This document shows positions 7,621 through 17,278 of a stretch of DNA of 61,434 bases, one piece after another. Every line of letters begins with the position of its first letter. Position 1 is the stretch's first letter. The stretch lies in the IMG/VR virus record IMGVR_UViG_3300033076_000601, positions 1 to 61,434 of that record. One strand, written 5' to 3'. The position numbers were made by a program, and so were the translations under genes. This stretch comes from a virus. Its lineage: Duplodnaviria; Caudoviricetes. The notes beneath the pieces are model-generated. The model ran no database searches and was not told where the DNA came from. It saw only the letters and a program-made list of their open reading frames with translations.

Positions 7621-7628
7621 TATATTTG
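7621..7628 (+). promoter_or_regulatory. TAnnTTTG (-7) promoter at the start of the late strand
   Basis: TATATTTG followed after 4 nt by ATG. Confidence 0.6.
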
Positions 7629-7632
7629 CACT

Positions 7633-7761
7633 ATGATCATAACCTTCTACCCAACGCTCGGACTATCGCTTGGTATTGAATATTTACCAGCAGAGGACGA
7701 GATGCGTCCGGAGTTGATCTTACATTTGTTAATTTTTAAAATATCTATATTATGGCAATAA
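7633..7761 (+). CDS. Small hypothetical protein (42 aa), probably leaderless
   Basis: Translated by hand: MIITFYPTLGLSLGIEY...ELILHLLIFKISILWQ. Confidence 0.5.
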   Translation: MIITFYPTLGLSLGIEYLPAEDEMRPELILHLLIFKISILWQ

Positions 7762-8807
7762 TGCGCACAAACCGACTCACGTCGAAAACTACTACACCTC
7801 CTAGTAAGTCTAAAAGTTTTACACCAGCATCACAGTTAGAAGCTCAGGATGCTGCTTATAAGAAGTATAAGGAGCAAGATCTTCCTCTTTACGAAAAGAG
7901 AATGCAGAGATACAACGAAGAGATTAAATCTCCACCTAGAGATTACACTTCTCTTGGCGGTAAGAAAAATGTTAAATATTTAGAAAAAGCTGAAGTATCT
8001 GCATATAATAAAATGAGATTGAGTAGTGACCCTACAGCTATTGAATTTGGAACTGTTGGAGTTGGTAAGTCTTACTCTAAAAAGGCAGGTGATAAAGATT
8101 TTATGATTGCAACTGAGCACACCACTAGCAACCCAATAAAACCAACTGCGCCTACTAAGGCTAATCCGGCTGATTGGTCTAATGTTGAGTTAAACAAGAT
8201 GGATACTAAGAAGTCAGTTGTAAAAACTAAGCCTGGTAAATTAAAAGAACTTAAGAGTCAAGAAGCGCGCCCTGGTTTTGATGCTCCTGGTGTTGAGACA
8301 AAAACTGTTTCTAAAACTAGAGCGGCCATGACTGGTGGTGGTGATAAACTTGTCAGATCAAAGAATCCAAAAGGTAATTTAGGTGCTGCTCGTGTGACTA
8401 CTGAGTCTAATAAGGGCAAGCTTGGTTACAACCGTCAAGAGAAATTATTCAAGGCTTATGCTGGCACATCTGTTTTAGATGAGAGTCATATTGGAAAATC
8501 TGCTAATGAAATTAGGGATTACAAAAAAGAGATGAAATCTCAACGAAGTGCTTACCGTAAGGAGGGTAATGTTGAGGGTGTTGCTGCTACCGGTATGGAG
8601 ATCAAGCAAGCGCGTCAAGCTGAGCGTTTTGTTAAGGGCAAGCAGACTCACTTTAATGATGAGAATTACAGAAAGACTACTGGCAATGCAGGTCGTATTG
8701 CTCCTGACTATAAAAAATCAGCTGAAAACGCTGCCAATCGCAACACAATGCAGTCAAAACTAGCTGCTGTGGCTGCTAGGGGTAAGAATAATACAAGTTT
8801 GTACTAA
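7752..8807 (+). CDS. Basic Lys/Ala-rich protein, possible internal virion or DNA-associated protein
   Basis: Long ORF, basic low-complexity composition, followed by a terminator. Confidence 0.6.
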   Translation: MAIMRTNRLTSKTTTPPSKSKSFTPASQLEAQDAAYKKYKEQDLPLYEKRMQRYNEEIKSPPRDYTSLGGKKNVKYLEKAEVSAYNKMRLSSDPTAIEFGTVGVGKSYSKKAGDKDFMIATEHTTSNPIKPTAPTKANPADWSNVELNKMDTKKSVVKTKPGKLKELKSQEARPGFDAPGVETKTVSKTRAAMTGGGDKLVRSKNPKGNLGAARVTTESNKGKLGYNRQEKLFKAYAGTSVLDESHIGKSANEIRDYKKEMKSQRSAYRKEGNVEGVAATGMEIKQARQAERFVKGKQTHFNDENYRKTTGNAGRIAPDYKKSAENAANRNTMQSKLAAVAARGKNNTSLY

Positions 8808-8810
8808 TAT

Positions 8811-8836
8811 AAGCCCTCCAAGTGAGGGCTTTTTTT
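8811..8836 (+). terminator. Intrinsic terminator
   Basis: AAGCCCTC-caagt-GAGGGCTT plus T tract. Confidence 0.8.
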
Positions 8837-9037
8837 ATGATATACGAGCCGAAAAATAGGATAGATGTCACCACTCCTAAGGGAGACGGGGTGATTTGGT
8901 TGGTTACTGACTACGGTCATGAGACTGACACGATATATACTATCATTTTAAACGATAGTGGTGAGATGTGGCAGTTTACTCATAAGGATATAAGGGTAAA
9001 AAGTAACATAACATTCTCTAGATTGCCAAAAAAGTAG
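8837..9037 (+). CDS. Hypothetical protein (SH3-like: VTTPKG.G...DYG...GEMW)
   Basis: ATG at 8837 right after the terminator. Confidence 0.55.
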   Translation: MIYEPKNRIDVTTPKGDGVIWLVTDYGHETDTIYTIILNDSGEMWQFTHKDIRVKSNITFSRLPKK

Positions 9038-9062
9038 TATTTTTGGCAATAAATCTAATAAA

Positions 9063-10631
9063 ATGGTAATAAAACATGTACATTTAGGCGATGAAGGTCG
9101 CAAAAAGCTCATTAAAGGCATCAAAACGATCGCTGGAGCAGTAAAAAGCACATTAGGTGCGCGAGGACGCACTGTGTTGATTGAATCAGAGAACCATGTC
9201 GGTGGTATTACTGTCACAAAGGATGGTGTAACGGTCGCAAAGTCAATTAATCTTTATGATCCGGTTGAGAATTTGGCTGTTATGATGATGCGTCAGGCCG
9301 CTGAGAAGACGGCTACTGTTGCTGGTGATGGCACAACCACTTCAATTGTCATAGCAGAGGCTATTGTGGATGCGGCATCCGATGTAATCACATCGGAAAC
9401 CAACGTAACCGAGGTGATCCGAGAGATCAATGACATCGCATCTGACGTTGTGAACCACTTAACGAAACGAGCTAAGAAGTTATCTGGTAAGAAGCTTAAG
9501 GACGTTGCGTCTATTAGTGCGAACAATGACACTACTATTGGCAATATGATTGCTGACGCGTTTAGCGAGGTTAAGATGGTGTCTGTTGAGAATAGTAAGG
9601 ACCATAACACATATGTTGAGGTGATTAAGGGTATTAAGGCTGACAGGGGTTGGACTAGTCGTCACTTTATCACTGACTACAAGCGTCAAGAGTGTGTTCT
9701 AGAGAACCCATATGTATTGATCACTGATCAGGAGATAAACAACTTGCTTAATATTGAGAAGGTATTACAGCATATTGTTGCGCAGAATAAGTCATTGCTT
9801 ATTATTGGCGAGATGACGCCAGCGGCTTTAAACACGTTGAACATTAACGTTGCTCAGGGTAAGATCAAGGCATGTAATATTTTGCCTCCAAACTTTGGAT
9901 ACCGTCAGAAAGATTTATTAGAAGACCTAGCGGTAGCTTTGGACGGTACATACTTCAGTGAGGACACTGGTGATGACTTGTCGTTGATTGACGTTGCTCA
10001 CTTAGGTCGTTGTGCTAAGGTGATTGTTGGCAAGGATAATACTATTTTTATGCCATATGCTAGTTCTCAAGATAATATAGACTCGCGCATTGCTGACATA
10101 AACGATACTATATTTGACGGTATTACTAAAGAGGAAATGGACTTTCGCAGGGAGCGAGTAGCCAATCTATCTGGTGGTGTTGCTGTTATCTATGTAGGTG
10201 CTTTGAGTGACATTGAGCAGAAGGAGAAACGCGATCGTATTGACGATGCTGTGTGTGCGGTTGAGGCTGCTTTAGAGGAGGGAATTCTTCCAGGCGGAGG
10301 TGTTGCTTTGTTTGAATATGCTAAAAACAACTTACGCGGCAAGATTGGTGCTGCTGAGAGAATTATGTTCAAAGCTATAACAGCTCCGATGTGGCAAATA
10401 CTTATAAACGCTGGTAAGGATGCTCAACAGATCATGGACAGTATCTTGCCATTCCCTAATGAGGGTTATGACGTGAAGGGTGAGCAGTATGGTGACATGA
10501 TTAAGCTTGGTATTATTGACCCGGCTAAGGTTACAAAGAACGCTCTATTGAATGCTGTGTCTGTAGCCACAACTATTATGAGCACAAACGCAATTATTAC
10601 AAATATCAGAGCAGATGAAAGTATTAAATAA
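9063..10631 (+). CDS. groEL: Chaperonin GroEL (phage-encoded)
   Basis: TKDGVTVAK, AGDGTTT, EEGILPGGG and GIIDPAKV motifs; no GGM tail; TATTTTTG promoter at 9038. Confidence 0.97.
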   Translation: MVIKHVHLGDEGRKKLIKGIKTIAGAVKSTLGARGRTVLIESENHVGGITVTKDGVTVAKSINLYDPVENLAVMMMRQAAEKTATVAGDGTTTSIVIAEAIVDAASDVITSETNVTEVIREINDIASDVVNHLTKRAKKLSGKKLKDVASISANNDTTIGNMIADAFSEVKMVSVENSKDHNTYVEVIKGIKADRGWTSRHFITDYKRQECVLENPYVLITDQEINNLLNIEKVLQHIVAQNKSLLIIGEMTPAALNTLNINVAQGKIKACNILPPNFGYRQKDLLEDLAVALDGTYFSEDTGDDLSLIDVAHLGRCAKVIVGKDNTIFMPYASSQDNIDSRIADINDTIFDGITKEEMDFRRERVANLSGGVAVIYVGALSDIEQKEKRDRIDDAVCAVEAALEEGILPGGGVALFEYAKNNLRGKIGAAERIMFKAITAPMWQILINAGKDAQQIMDSILPFPNEGYDVKGEQYGDMIKLGIIDPAKVTKNALLNAVSVATTIMSTNAIITNIRADESIK

Positions 10632-10872
10632 ATATTTGATAGTAAGAAAAGTTGCCGAGCAGAAGCAGACCAAGAGTGGTTTGCTTCTAACCGGTGAGGA
10701 TGCAAATGACATGCGCTATCATAAAGCCGTTACCCACTCTGTAGGAGACAGTATCATTGGAATAAACCCAGGTGATACTGTACTATATGACAAAGTTCAA
10801 AGCCATGAGATAGTGCTAGACAATGAGCGCTATACTATAATTCAGGAGAAGGACGTTGTTTGCGTTCTTTAA
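10615..10872 (+). CDS. groES: Co-chaperonin GroES
   Basis: QTKSGLLL mobile loop, VG..I.PGD.VLY, I.EKDV; adjacent to groEL. Confidence 0.9.
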   Translation: MKVLNKYLIVRKVAEQKQTKSGLLLTGEDANDMRYHKAVTHSVGDSIIGINPGDTVLYDKVQSHEIVLDNERYTIIQEKDVVCVL

Positions 10873-11335
10873 TTCTTCTGTTAAAATCAACAATCGCAAT
10901 AGCTAAGGTCTTCTGGTGAAACGGTGCGTTATCACGGAAGGCCTTATTGCGTCTTTTAGATGTGGGTATTGGCTCTCTTCCGTCTAGCTTTTTATAAATT
11001 GACGTAATCATTTTCTTGGCTTTAAATGATACTTCATACATTTGGCCTTGGTTGTATGTCTTTTGTCTCCATTCACTAATCCAGCCTTCTTTAAGTAACC
11101 TATTAAAACGCTGGCTATCCCATGTCATAAAGTTTTTATACTCGTCAAAGTCTGTCTTTGTGAACAGTCTATTGCCGTGTAAGAACAGTAGCATTTCAAG
11201 ATCTGATAATCCGATCCCATAGTTTACTTGGGCCCAACGTCTAACGATTGCCCATTCTGTCAGCCAGTCGTACTGCAGAGGTCTACGAACCACTTTTTGG
11301 TCATAGATAAATAGTCTTCTTACTTTTTTTTTCAT
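10835..11335 (-). CDS. Putative winged-helix DNA-binding regulator
   Basis: LSDLEMLLFL...FNRLLKEGWI...YEVS.KA pattern; only credible minus-strand gene in the late block. Confidence 0.55.
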   Translation of the reverse strand: MKKKVRRLFIYDQKVVRRPLQYDWLTEWAIVRRWAQVNYGIGLSDLEMLLFLHGNRLFTKTDFDEYKNFMTWDSQRFNRLLKEGWISEWRQKTYNQGQMYEVSFKAKKMITSIYKKLDGREPIPTSKRRNKAFRDNAPFHQKTLAIAIVDFNRRIKERKQRPSPEL

Positions 11336-11356
11336 TACATTTGTAGGACAAAGATA
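11336..11356. promoter_or_regulatory. Face-to-face pair of TAnnTTTG promoters
   Basis: TACATTTG (+, 11336-11343) and TATCTTTG (-, 11356-11349). Confidence 0.55.
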
Positions 11357-11362
11357 TCAATA

Positions 11363-11533
11363 ATGGGACTATATAGCAACATTCACGCAAAAAGAGAGCG
11401 AATTAAAGAAGGCTCTGGCGAGAAAATGCGCAAACCTGGCCAGAAAGGAGCTCCTACAGCTCAAGCTTTCAAAGAGGCCGCTAAAACAGCAAAAGATGGC
11501 AAAGGATCCAAGACTAGAAAAAGCGGGCGTTAG
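11363..11533 (+). CDS. Small basic phage protein (MGLYSNIHAKR...GAPT..AF, 56 aa)
   Basis: Translated by hand; recalled as a recurrent phage peptide type. Confidence 0.6.
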   Translation: MGLYSNIHAKRERIKEGSGEKMRKPGQKGAPTAQAFKEAAKTAKDGKGSKTRKSGR

Positions 11534-11777
11534 TGGTTACAATCAGCCTAAGCGTACTCCTAATCACCCGACTAAGAGTCACGTCGTCGTTGCAAAAGAA
11601 GGCAGCGAGGTTAAGTTGATTCGTTTTGGACAGCAAAATGTTAAAGGATCTCCAAGAAAAAGTGGAGAGTCTGATTCTGATAGAAAAAGAAGAGAAAGCT
11701 TTAAAGCTAGACATGCAAAAAATATTGCTAAAGGAAAAATGTCGGCCGCTTGGTGGAGTTCTACCGTGAAGTGGTAG
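11496..11777 (+). CDS. Small basic conserved phage protein (KSHVV.AK...IRFGQ...SFKARH)
   Basis: Motif typical of aquatic phage hypothetical proteins. Confidence 0.65.
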   Translation: MAKDPRLEKAGVSGYNQPKRTPNHPTKSHVVVAKEGSEVKLIRFGQQNVKGSPRKSGESDSDRKRRESFKARHAKNIAKGKMSAAWWSSTVKW

Positions 11778-11805
11778 AGTGGTTGATTATATTGAAAGGT
11801 AAAAA

Positions 11806-12018
11806 ATGATCATCCTTAAGCGTCATAAGGGTTTTGGTGATACTGTAGCAGCAGTAGCATCTGCTATTGGCATTGAAAAGACTGAAAATTGTGGATGTGA
11901 TAAGCGTCAAGAGGCGTGGAATAATCCTGATCTATTAATAAATAAACTGTTCTATGGGACAAAGCAAGACATCGAAGTATTACGCGAGCCATCCGAAGGC
12001 AGCGGAGAAGAGGCGTGA
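11806..12018 (+). CDS. Small protein (G.GDTV...CGC.KRQE type)
   Basis: Recurrent phage motif. Confidence 0.55.
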   Translation: MIILKRHKGFGDTVAAVASAIGIEKTENCGCDKRQEAWNNPDLLINKLFYGTKQDIEVLREPSEGSGEEA

Positions 12019-12214
12019 ATATCAGCGCGAGTTGAACTCTACTGAGGAGCGCAAGAAATATCGGGCTGACCACACAAAAGCTCGCCGGCAAGCCGGTATT
12101 GATGGTAAAGGTGGGCCTGATATGAGTTCCACAAAAAGTGGTAAATTTGTAAAAGAAAACCCAAGTACCAACCGGGCGCGCAATGGAGCGAACGGTCGGT
12201 CAGTAAAAAAATAA
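11954..12214 (+). CDS. Small basic protein, degenerate HNH-like (D.S....NRARN)
   Basis: ORF with remnant motif. Confidence 0.45.
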   Translation: MGQSKTSKYYASHPKAAEKRREYQRELNSTEERKKYRADHTKARRQAGIDGKGGPDMSSTKSGKFVKENPSTNRARNGANGRSVKK

Positions 12215-12217
12215 GAC

Positions 12218-12484
12218 ATGGCATATCAAAAATTACAGGCAGAGAGAGCTGCCCTTGTTACTCCTAGCAACACAGTTGACATCCCATATGTTGGTGGAGA
12301 CACATATACAAATAAGTGGCCTTGCGTGCTTTATATTGGAGGAGCTGGAAACATTCGAGTGTTAACTGCAGGCGGTGATGATGTTGTTTTTACAGGTGTT
12401 TTAGCCGGCACATTTCTACCTGTTCAGGTTGTTAGGGTTTTTAGCACTAACACTACAGCAACTAATATTGTAGCTCTTTGGTAA
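12218..12484 (+). CDS. Small structural protein (spike base or decoration type)
   Basis: LYIGGAGN...GTFLPVQVVRV..T.TTAT.IVAL pattern. Confidence 0.6.
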   Translation: MAYQKLQAERAALVTPSNTVDIPYVGGDTYTNKWPCVLYIGGAGNIRVLTAGGDDVVFTGVLAGTFLPVQVVRVFSTNTTATNIVALW

Positions 12485-12485
12485 T

Positions 12486-13340
12486 ATGATAGGTATATCT
12501 ATATCAAATAGTGTAGGTACTAACTATAGTTCTGGCGGTTCTGGCCCTTTGGATCCAGATGCTGCTGCTTTTTTATCAGCCACGGCAATTACGGATCCAA
12601 CTATAAAAACTGCTATTAATAACCTTGTTATTGATTTAAAATCTTATAGTTTATGGTCTAAAATGAAAGCTATTTATCCGTTTGTTGGTGGAACAGCTAC
12701 AACTCATAAATTTAATTTAAAAAATCCGCTTGACACAAATGCGGCTTTTAGATTAACATTTAGCGGTGGTTGGACTCATTCAAGCACAGGTGCTACACCG
12801 AATGGTGTAAATGCTTACGCGAATACATTTTTAATACCGTCTGTTGAATTAAATTACGCTTCATTAGCTTATTATTCTAGAACAAATACAGCTGAAAACG
12901 GAAATAATGATTTAAATGGTATAGTTATGGGTGTTAGAGCTGATAATGTAACTGCAAACAATTCTTTTTCCTTAAAAGTTAAATCAAACCCTACAAATTA
13001 TATTGATTTTTTCTATAGTAGAACTGGATCGATAGCTAATGTTTTAGCTAGATTTATTAATTCAGATGGTAGAGGTTTATTTTCTGGTAGCTTAGATACT
13101 TTAGGGTCAAAAATTTATAAAAATGGAGTGAATTTAACAACTTCTAATTTCTCATATACTAGAAATACTCCGAATTTATCTGTTTATATAGGCGCATTAA
13201 ATAATAAAGGTGTTGGCGGTGAATATAGTTTAAAAGAAAGCGCATTTGCTTCCATTTCAGATACTTTTAATGATACAGAAACGGCTAATCTATATACAGC
13301 TGTACAAGCATTTCAAACAACATTAGGTAGACAAGTATAA
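12486..13340 (+). CDS. Tail fibre or spike-associated protein with LamG/ConA-like C-terminal region
   Basis: DPDA.AF...LK...LW.KM.AIYPFVGG N-terminal module; beta-rich remainder. Confidence 0.55.
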   Translation: MIGISISNSVGTNYSSGGSGPLDPDAAAFLSATAITDPTIKTAINNLVIDLKSYSLWSKMKAIYPFVGGTATTHKFNLKNPLDTNAAFRLTFSGGWTHSSTGATPNGVNAYANTFLIPSVELNYASLAYYSRTNTAENGNNDLNGIVMGVRADNVTANNSFSLKVKSNPTNYIDFFYSRTGSIANVLARFINSDGRGLFSGSLDTLGSKIYKNGVNLTTSNFSYTRNTPNLSVYIGALNNKGVGGEYSLKESAFASISDTFNDTETANLYTAVQAFQTTLGRQV

Positions 13341-13588
13341 TGAAACTATCAGATATTACAATAGAGAATATTAATACTCTTGTAGGATTGCTTACAATAG
13401 ATCAAAAAGATCAGTTATTAGGTGTGTGGTATGCTCCTGATAGTTATTATAATCCTATTCAGGATGTAAATGACAATTGGGTTATATCAGTAGAAGAAAT
13501 TTCAAATACTACAAATCCTGATACTTTATGGGTTAAAGATCTTGATTTAATCATTTACGAACCTAAAGTTATTACAGATCAATTATAA
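13340..13588 (+). CDS. Small partner of preceding fibre protein
   Basis: Coupled ORF (YNPIQD.NDNWVIS.EE). Confidence 0.55.
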   Translation: MKLSDITIENINTLVGLLTIDQKDQLLGVWYAPDSYYNPIQDVNDNWVISVEEISNTTNPDTLWVKDLDLIIYEPKVITDQL

Positions 13589-13917
13589 TGACAGGCCAAT
13601 TTACGAGTCAGGGAACATTATCTACATCAGGGACGATTATACATACGGCCCCTGATAATAATGTATCTGAGCTTCGTTATATGCGTTTTAATAATCCTTT
13701 GGCATATACATTAACTGTATCAAAGTATACATCGTCTACAGCCTCTACTACTCAAGTATATTCAGTCAATCTATCGGCCGGTGATACTATCACTGATTCA
13801 TTTCCTTATTTCTTAAACGAAGGCGACTACATTACAGTTACGTCTAGTATTTCTGGAACAACATTTATAGCTGAGGGTGAAGATATGCCTAACATAAATG
13901 TTGTAAGATGCAAGTAG
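13588..13917 (+). CDS. Small structural protein
   Basis: Beta-rich ORF in the tail cluster. Confidence 0.55.
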   Translation: MTGQFTSQGTLSTSGTIIHTAPDNNVSELRYMRFNNPLAYTLTVSKYTSSTASTTQVYSVNLSAGDTITDSFPYFLNEGDYITVTSSISGTTFIAEGEDMPNINVVRCK

Positions 13918-15689
13918 TTGACGCTAATGGTAATATGTTTGGCTATGATCATTTAGAGATTATAGGCGCAGATGGAAAACCTAAAACTACAGGTGGTGGT
14001 GGAGGACCATATGTTCCATATACAGGTGCAACCGGAAATGTTGACTTAGGTGAATACGAATTAAAGGCTGGTCAGGTAGAATTTGATCAGACACCTACAG
14101 GTACAGCAGGAGTTGCTGTGATGAGATGGAATGATCAGGATGGAACTGCTGATCTTGGTTTAAAGGGTGGAAATGTTACTCTTCAGATTGGCCAAGAGCA
14201 GTTAACTCGTGTAGTAAATAAGACAGGAAGCAATTTACTTGAGGCAAATTATCAAGCAGTTAGAATCAGCGGTGCTCAAGGTAATAGATTAAAGGTTGAT
14301 TTAGCTCAGGCTAATAATGATGCTAATAGTGCTGATACACTTGGTATTGTTACTGAGACTATATTAAACAATCAAGAGGGATTTATTACTACTAGTGGAT
14401 TAGTAAGAAATATAGACACAACAGGATCTATACAGGGTGAGACTTGGCTAGATGGTGATATGTTGTATTTAAGTGGCACTATAGCTGGACAGATAACAAA
14501 TATTAAACCTACTGCTCCTATCCATACAGTAATTATGGGTTATGTTGTAAGGGCTCATGCTACTCAAGGTCAAATATATGTCAAGGTAGATAATGGTTAT
14601 GAGTTGGATGAGCTTCATAATGTGGCAATTACATCGGTAGCTAACAATGACATATTGCAATATGATTCTGCTACATCTCTTTGGAAAAATGAATCATTAT
14701 CAAGTGCAGGTGTTCAGCCAACTATAACTCTTACTACAACAGGATCTAGTGGTCCTGCTACATTAGTTGGATCCACATTAAATATTCCAGAATATGGAGG
14801 GAGTAGTAGCGTATCTCCTATCGATATTCAATTGTTCACATCAAGTGGTGTATGGACTAAACCAGCAGGAGCCAAGGTAGTTGAAATACATCTTGTAGGA
14901 GCTGGTGGGGGTGGAGGATCAGGAAGAAGAGGCGCTACTCTTACTGCAAGATATGGAGGTGGTGCAGGATCATCTGGATGTTTAAATGCTGTCCGATTAA
15001 ACGCATCTAGTCTGAGTGCAACTGAAAATATATGGATAGGTGTTGGAGGAAATGGGGCATCTGGAGCAACAGTAAATGATACTAATGGCAATGCAGGATC
15101 AGCAGGAAGCGCATCTTTTTTTGGTGGATCTGGAACAGTTGCGTCTTCTAAAATATGCACTAATAATAGTGTAGGTGGGGCTGGTGGTACAAATATAGCA
15201 TCAAGTAGTAGTAGTTCCTTTCCTAGTTATTTATTTGGAATGAATGTTAGTTCTCTTGGTTATGCTTCTGGAACTGTTGGTTCAGGAAATTTTGGTGGAG
15301 CAAATGATAATTTTCAGGTTAGAGCATTGCAATCTGGAAATATTGGGGGTGGAATTAATACTACAGATATTAGATCAAATGGCAGAGGTATTAATACTAC
15401 AGGTCCGCAGAGTGGTCAAGTCATAAATTCTAGGAGCGGTGGTAGCGCAGCTGGTGCATCTGGGGTAGTTGGTTTTCTTATAACTAATAATCCTAATAAT
15501 TTTTACATTGCACTTGGTGGAACAGGTGGAGCACCTGGTGATACATTGGGAACTATTGTTGGTGGTGTTGGTGGTGATGGTGGCCCAGGTGCTGGTGGTG
15601 GCGGAGGTGGAGCTTCTACAAATGGTGCTAATTCAGGCGCAGGAGGTAGAGGCGGTGACGGATTTTGTATGGTAATAACATATTTCTAA
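13908..15689 (+). CDS. Tail fibre protein with glycine-rich C-terminal domain
   Basis: VPYTGAT.NVDLG, ELDELHNV.I...L.YD....W.N repeat, W.KP.GA..V....GAGGGGGSG Gly-rich domain. Confidence 0.75.
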   Translation: MQVVDANGNMFGYDHLEIIGADGKPKTTGGGGGPYVPYTGATGNVDLGEYELKAGQVEFDQTPTGTAGVAVMRWNDQDGTADLGLKGGNVTLQIGQEQLTRVVNKTGSNLLEANYQAVRISGAQGNRLKVDLAQANNDANSADTLGIVTETILNNQEGFITTSGLVRNIDTTGSIQGETWLDGDMLYLSGTIAGQITNIKPTAPIHTVIMGYVVRAHATQGQIYVKVDNGYELDELHNVAITSVANNDILQYDSATSLWKNESLSSAGVQPTITLTTTGSSGPATLVGSTLNIPEYGGSSSVSPIDIQLFTSSGVWTKPAGAKVVEIHLVGAGGGGGSGRRGATLTARYGGGAGSSGCLNAVRLNASSLSATENIWIGVGGNGASGATVNDTNGNAGSAGSASFFGGSGTVASSKICTNNSVGGAGGTNIASSSSSSFPSYLFGMNVSSLGYASGTVGSGNFGGANDNFQVRALQSGNIGGGINTTDIRSNGRGINTTGPQSGQVINSRSGGSAAGASGVVGFLITNNPNNFYIALGGTGGAPGDTLGTIVGGVGGDGGPGAGGGGGGASTNGANSGAGGRGGDGFCMVITYF

Positions 15690-15883
15690 TGAATAAAAGA
15701 TATGCCCTTATTGAAGATGGTGTTGTAGTTAATATTATTGCTGCAACGGAAGACCCATCATACATGACTGATTTGCTTTGTATTGAAGTAGATGATACGG
15801 TTCAAATTGGTTATCTTTATGATGGAATAAATTTTATAGAAAATGAGAACAGCGATTATAATAATTTCGATACTATTAGTTAG
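15689..15883 (+). CDS. Small tail-fibre assembly-like protein
   Basis: YALIEDGVVVNII...IGY.YDG..F; coupled to the fibre gene (start adjusted to ATG 15689). Confidence 0.55.
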   Translation: MNKRYALIEDGVVVNIIAATEDPSYMTDLLCIEVDDTVQIGYLYDGINFIENENSDYNNFDTIS

Positions 15884-16274
15884 TTGCAGCCCAATAAAAC
15901 GTTTTACTCGTTTAGTTGAGAAGTATCCATATCTATTAACTCAGGATACATTGATCATGCATGATACTATTAATTTGTATATACCAGAAGTACATACTGA
16001 TACAGTAGTAACATTGAGAGAGCTTGTTGATACAATAACTTTAACTAAAGATAGAGTTACTGTAAAGACTTGGTATGTGCCTAAAGAAAAAAAAGTATAC
16101 ATACAAGGCAAGTGCGATCCTATATACGTTACTAAAATTGTAGAGCGAAAAGTTCCGGTTAAGTACTATGAGAAGTATCCTTGGTGGAAGAAGCTCTTAA
16201 ACAACCTATTGGCTATTTTTATTATCTTTGCCATAGTCTATACAGGCTATAGATTATACAAGAAGTTATTATGA
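15843..16274 (+). CDS. Putative unimolecular spanin
   Basis: N-terminal lipobox (LLVSC), beta-rich middle, C-terminal TM helix; next to holin and lysin. Confidence 0.65.
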   Translation: MRTAIIIISILLVSCSPIKRFTRLVEKYPYLLTQDTLIMHDTINLYIPEVHTDTVVTLRELVDTITLTKDRVTVKTWYVPKEKKVYIQGKCDPIYVTKIVERKVPVKYYEKYPWWKKLLNNLLAIFIIFAIVYTGYRLYKKLL

Positions 16275-16696
16275 AAACAAAAGCAATAATCGTTTTGTCA
16301 GCATTATTTACGGTAATTACACCAGCTGTACCTTTGATCTTGGTATCGTTGATGGCCATTTTTGTAGATGCCTGTTTTGGTATCTGGAGATCAGTTAAAA
16401 AGAATGGCTGGATATCTTTTCAAAGTCGTAAACTTATAGCAACTATACAAAAGTCGTTCCTTTATTCAGGGGCGATTTTGTTTTTTTACTTGGTGGAGAA
16501 ATATATTGCTGGAGATATTATAGCGCATTTTATTTCTGTAGAATTAATCATCACAAAAGCTATTGCATTCTTTTGTGTATTCACAGAAGTTAAGTCTATA
16601 AACGAGAATTATAAAGATGTTACGGGTGTTGATTTATTGACATTATTTAAAAACTTCATGACTGGATTAAAGAAAGAAAGTGACAAATGGAGATAA
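16271..16696 (+). CDS. Holin
   Basis: Multiple TM helices, E.KSI.EN motif, immediately upstream of endolysin. Confidence 0.75.
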   Translation: MKTKAIIVLSALFTVITPAVPLILVSLMAIFVDACFGIWRSVKKNGWISFQSRKLIATIQKSFLYSGAILFFYLVEKYIAGDIIAHFISVELIITKAIAFFCVFTEVKSINENYKDVTGVDLLTLFKNFMTGLKKESDKWR

Positions 16697-17256
16697 TCGA
16701 AAAATACATTAAGTTCATCAAAAAATGGGAAGGTGGTCTATCAAGAGATAAATCCGACTCTGCTTCTTCATTTCCTTGTCCTACATCTTATCAGGGTAAA
16801 ACGGGGTGGCACACCAATGTAGGTATTACTTACGCTGCTTGGGTCCAGTTTTTTGGAAAAGATGATGACGGTGATTTTTACTTAATGCCTTCTGATAAAT
16901 GGTTCAAAATATTTAAGAAGGGTTATTGGGATGCTGTAAGGGGAGATTCTTATAAGTCACAAAACATTGCTGTATTTGTGACAGGTATGGCTTGGGGTTC
17001 TGGATCTAAACAAGCCATAACATCTCTTCAACGAGCTATAAATAACTGCGGATTAAAAATTGAAATTGATGGGGCTATTGGTCCATTAACTATTGGAGCA
17101 GCAAATACCATTGAACCAACAAAGTTATTTGATGCTTTAGTAGAAGAGCGCGAGCGTTTTTTTAGAGCAATCGCTCAACCGGGAAGTAAAAATGCTAAAT
17201 TCTTAAAGGGATGGTTAAATAGATTGGCTGACTATAAGAAAACATTTAGACCTTAA
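16687..17256 (+). CDS. Endolysin, GH108-like with C-terminal peptidoglycan-binding domain
   Basis: WEGG, TN.GIT, YW, LQ...DG.IGP.T, FLKGWLNR. Confidence 0.85.
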   Translation: MEIIEKYIKFIKKWEGGLSRDKSDSASSFPCPTSYQGKTGWHTNVGITYAAWVQFFGKDDDGDFYLMPSDKWFKIFKKGYWDAVRGDSYKSQNIAVFVTGMAWGSGSKQAITSLQRAINNCGLKIEIDGAIGPLTIGAANTIEPTKLFDALVEERERFFRAIAQPGSKNAKFLKGWLNRLADYKKTFRP

Positions 17257-17278
17257 TTATTTTTGTTAACTTTGCTAC

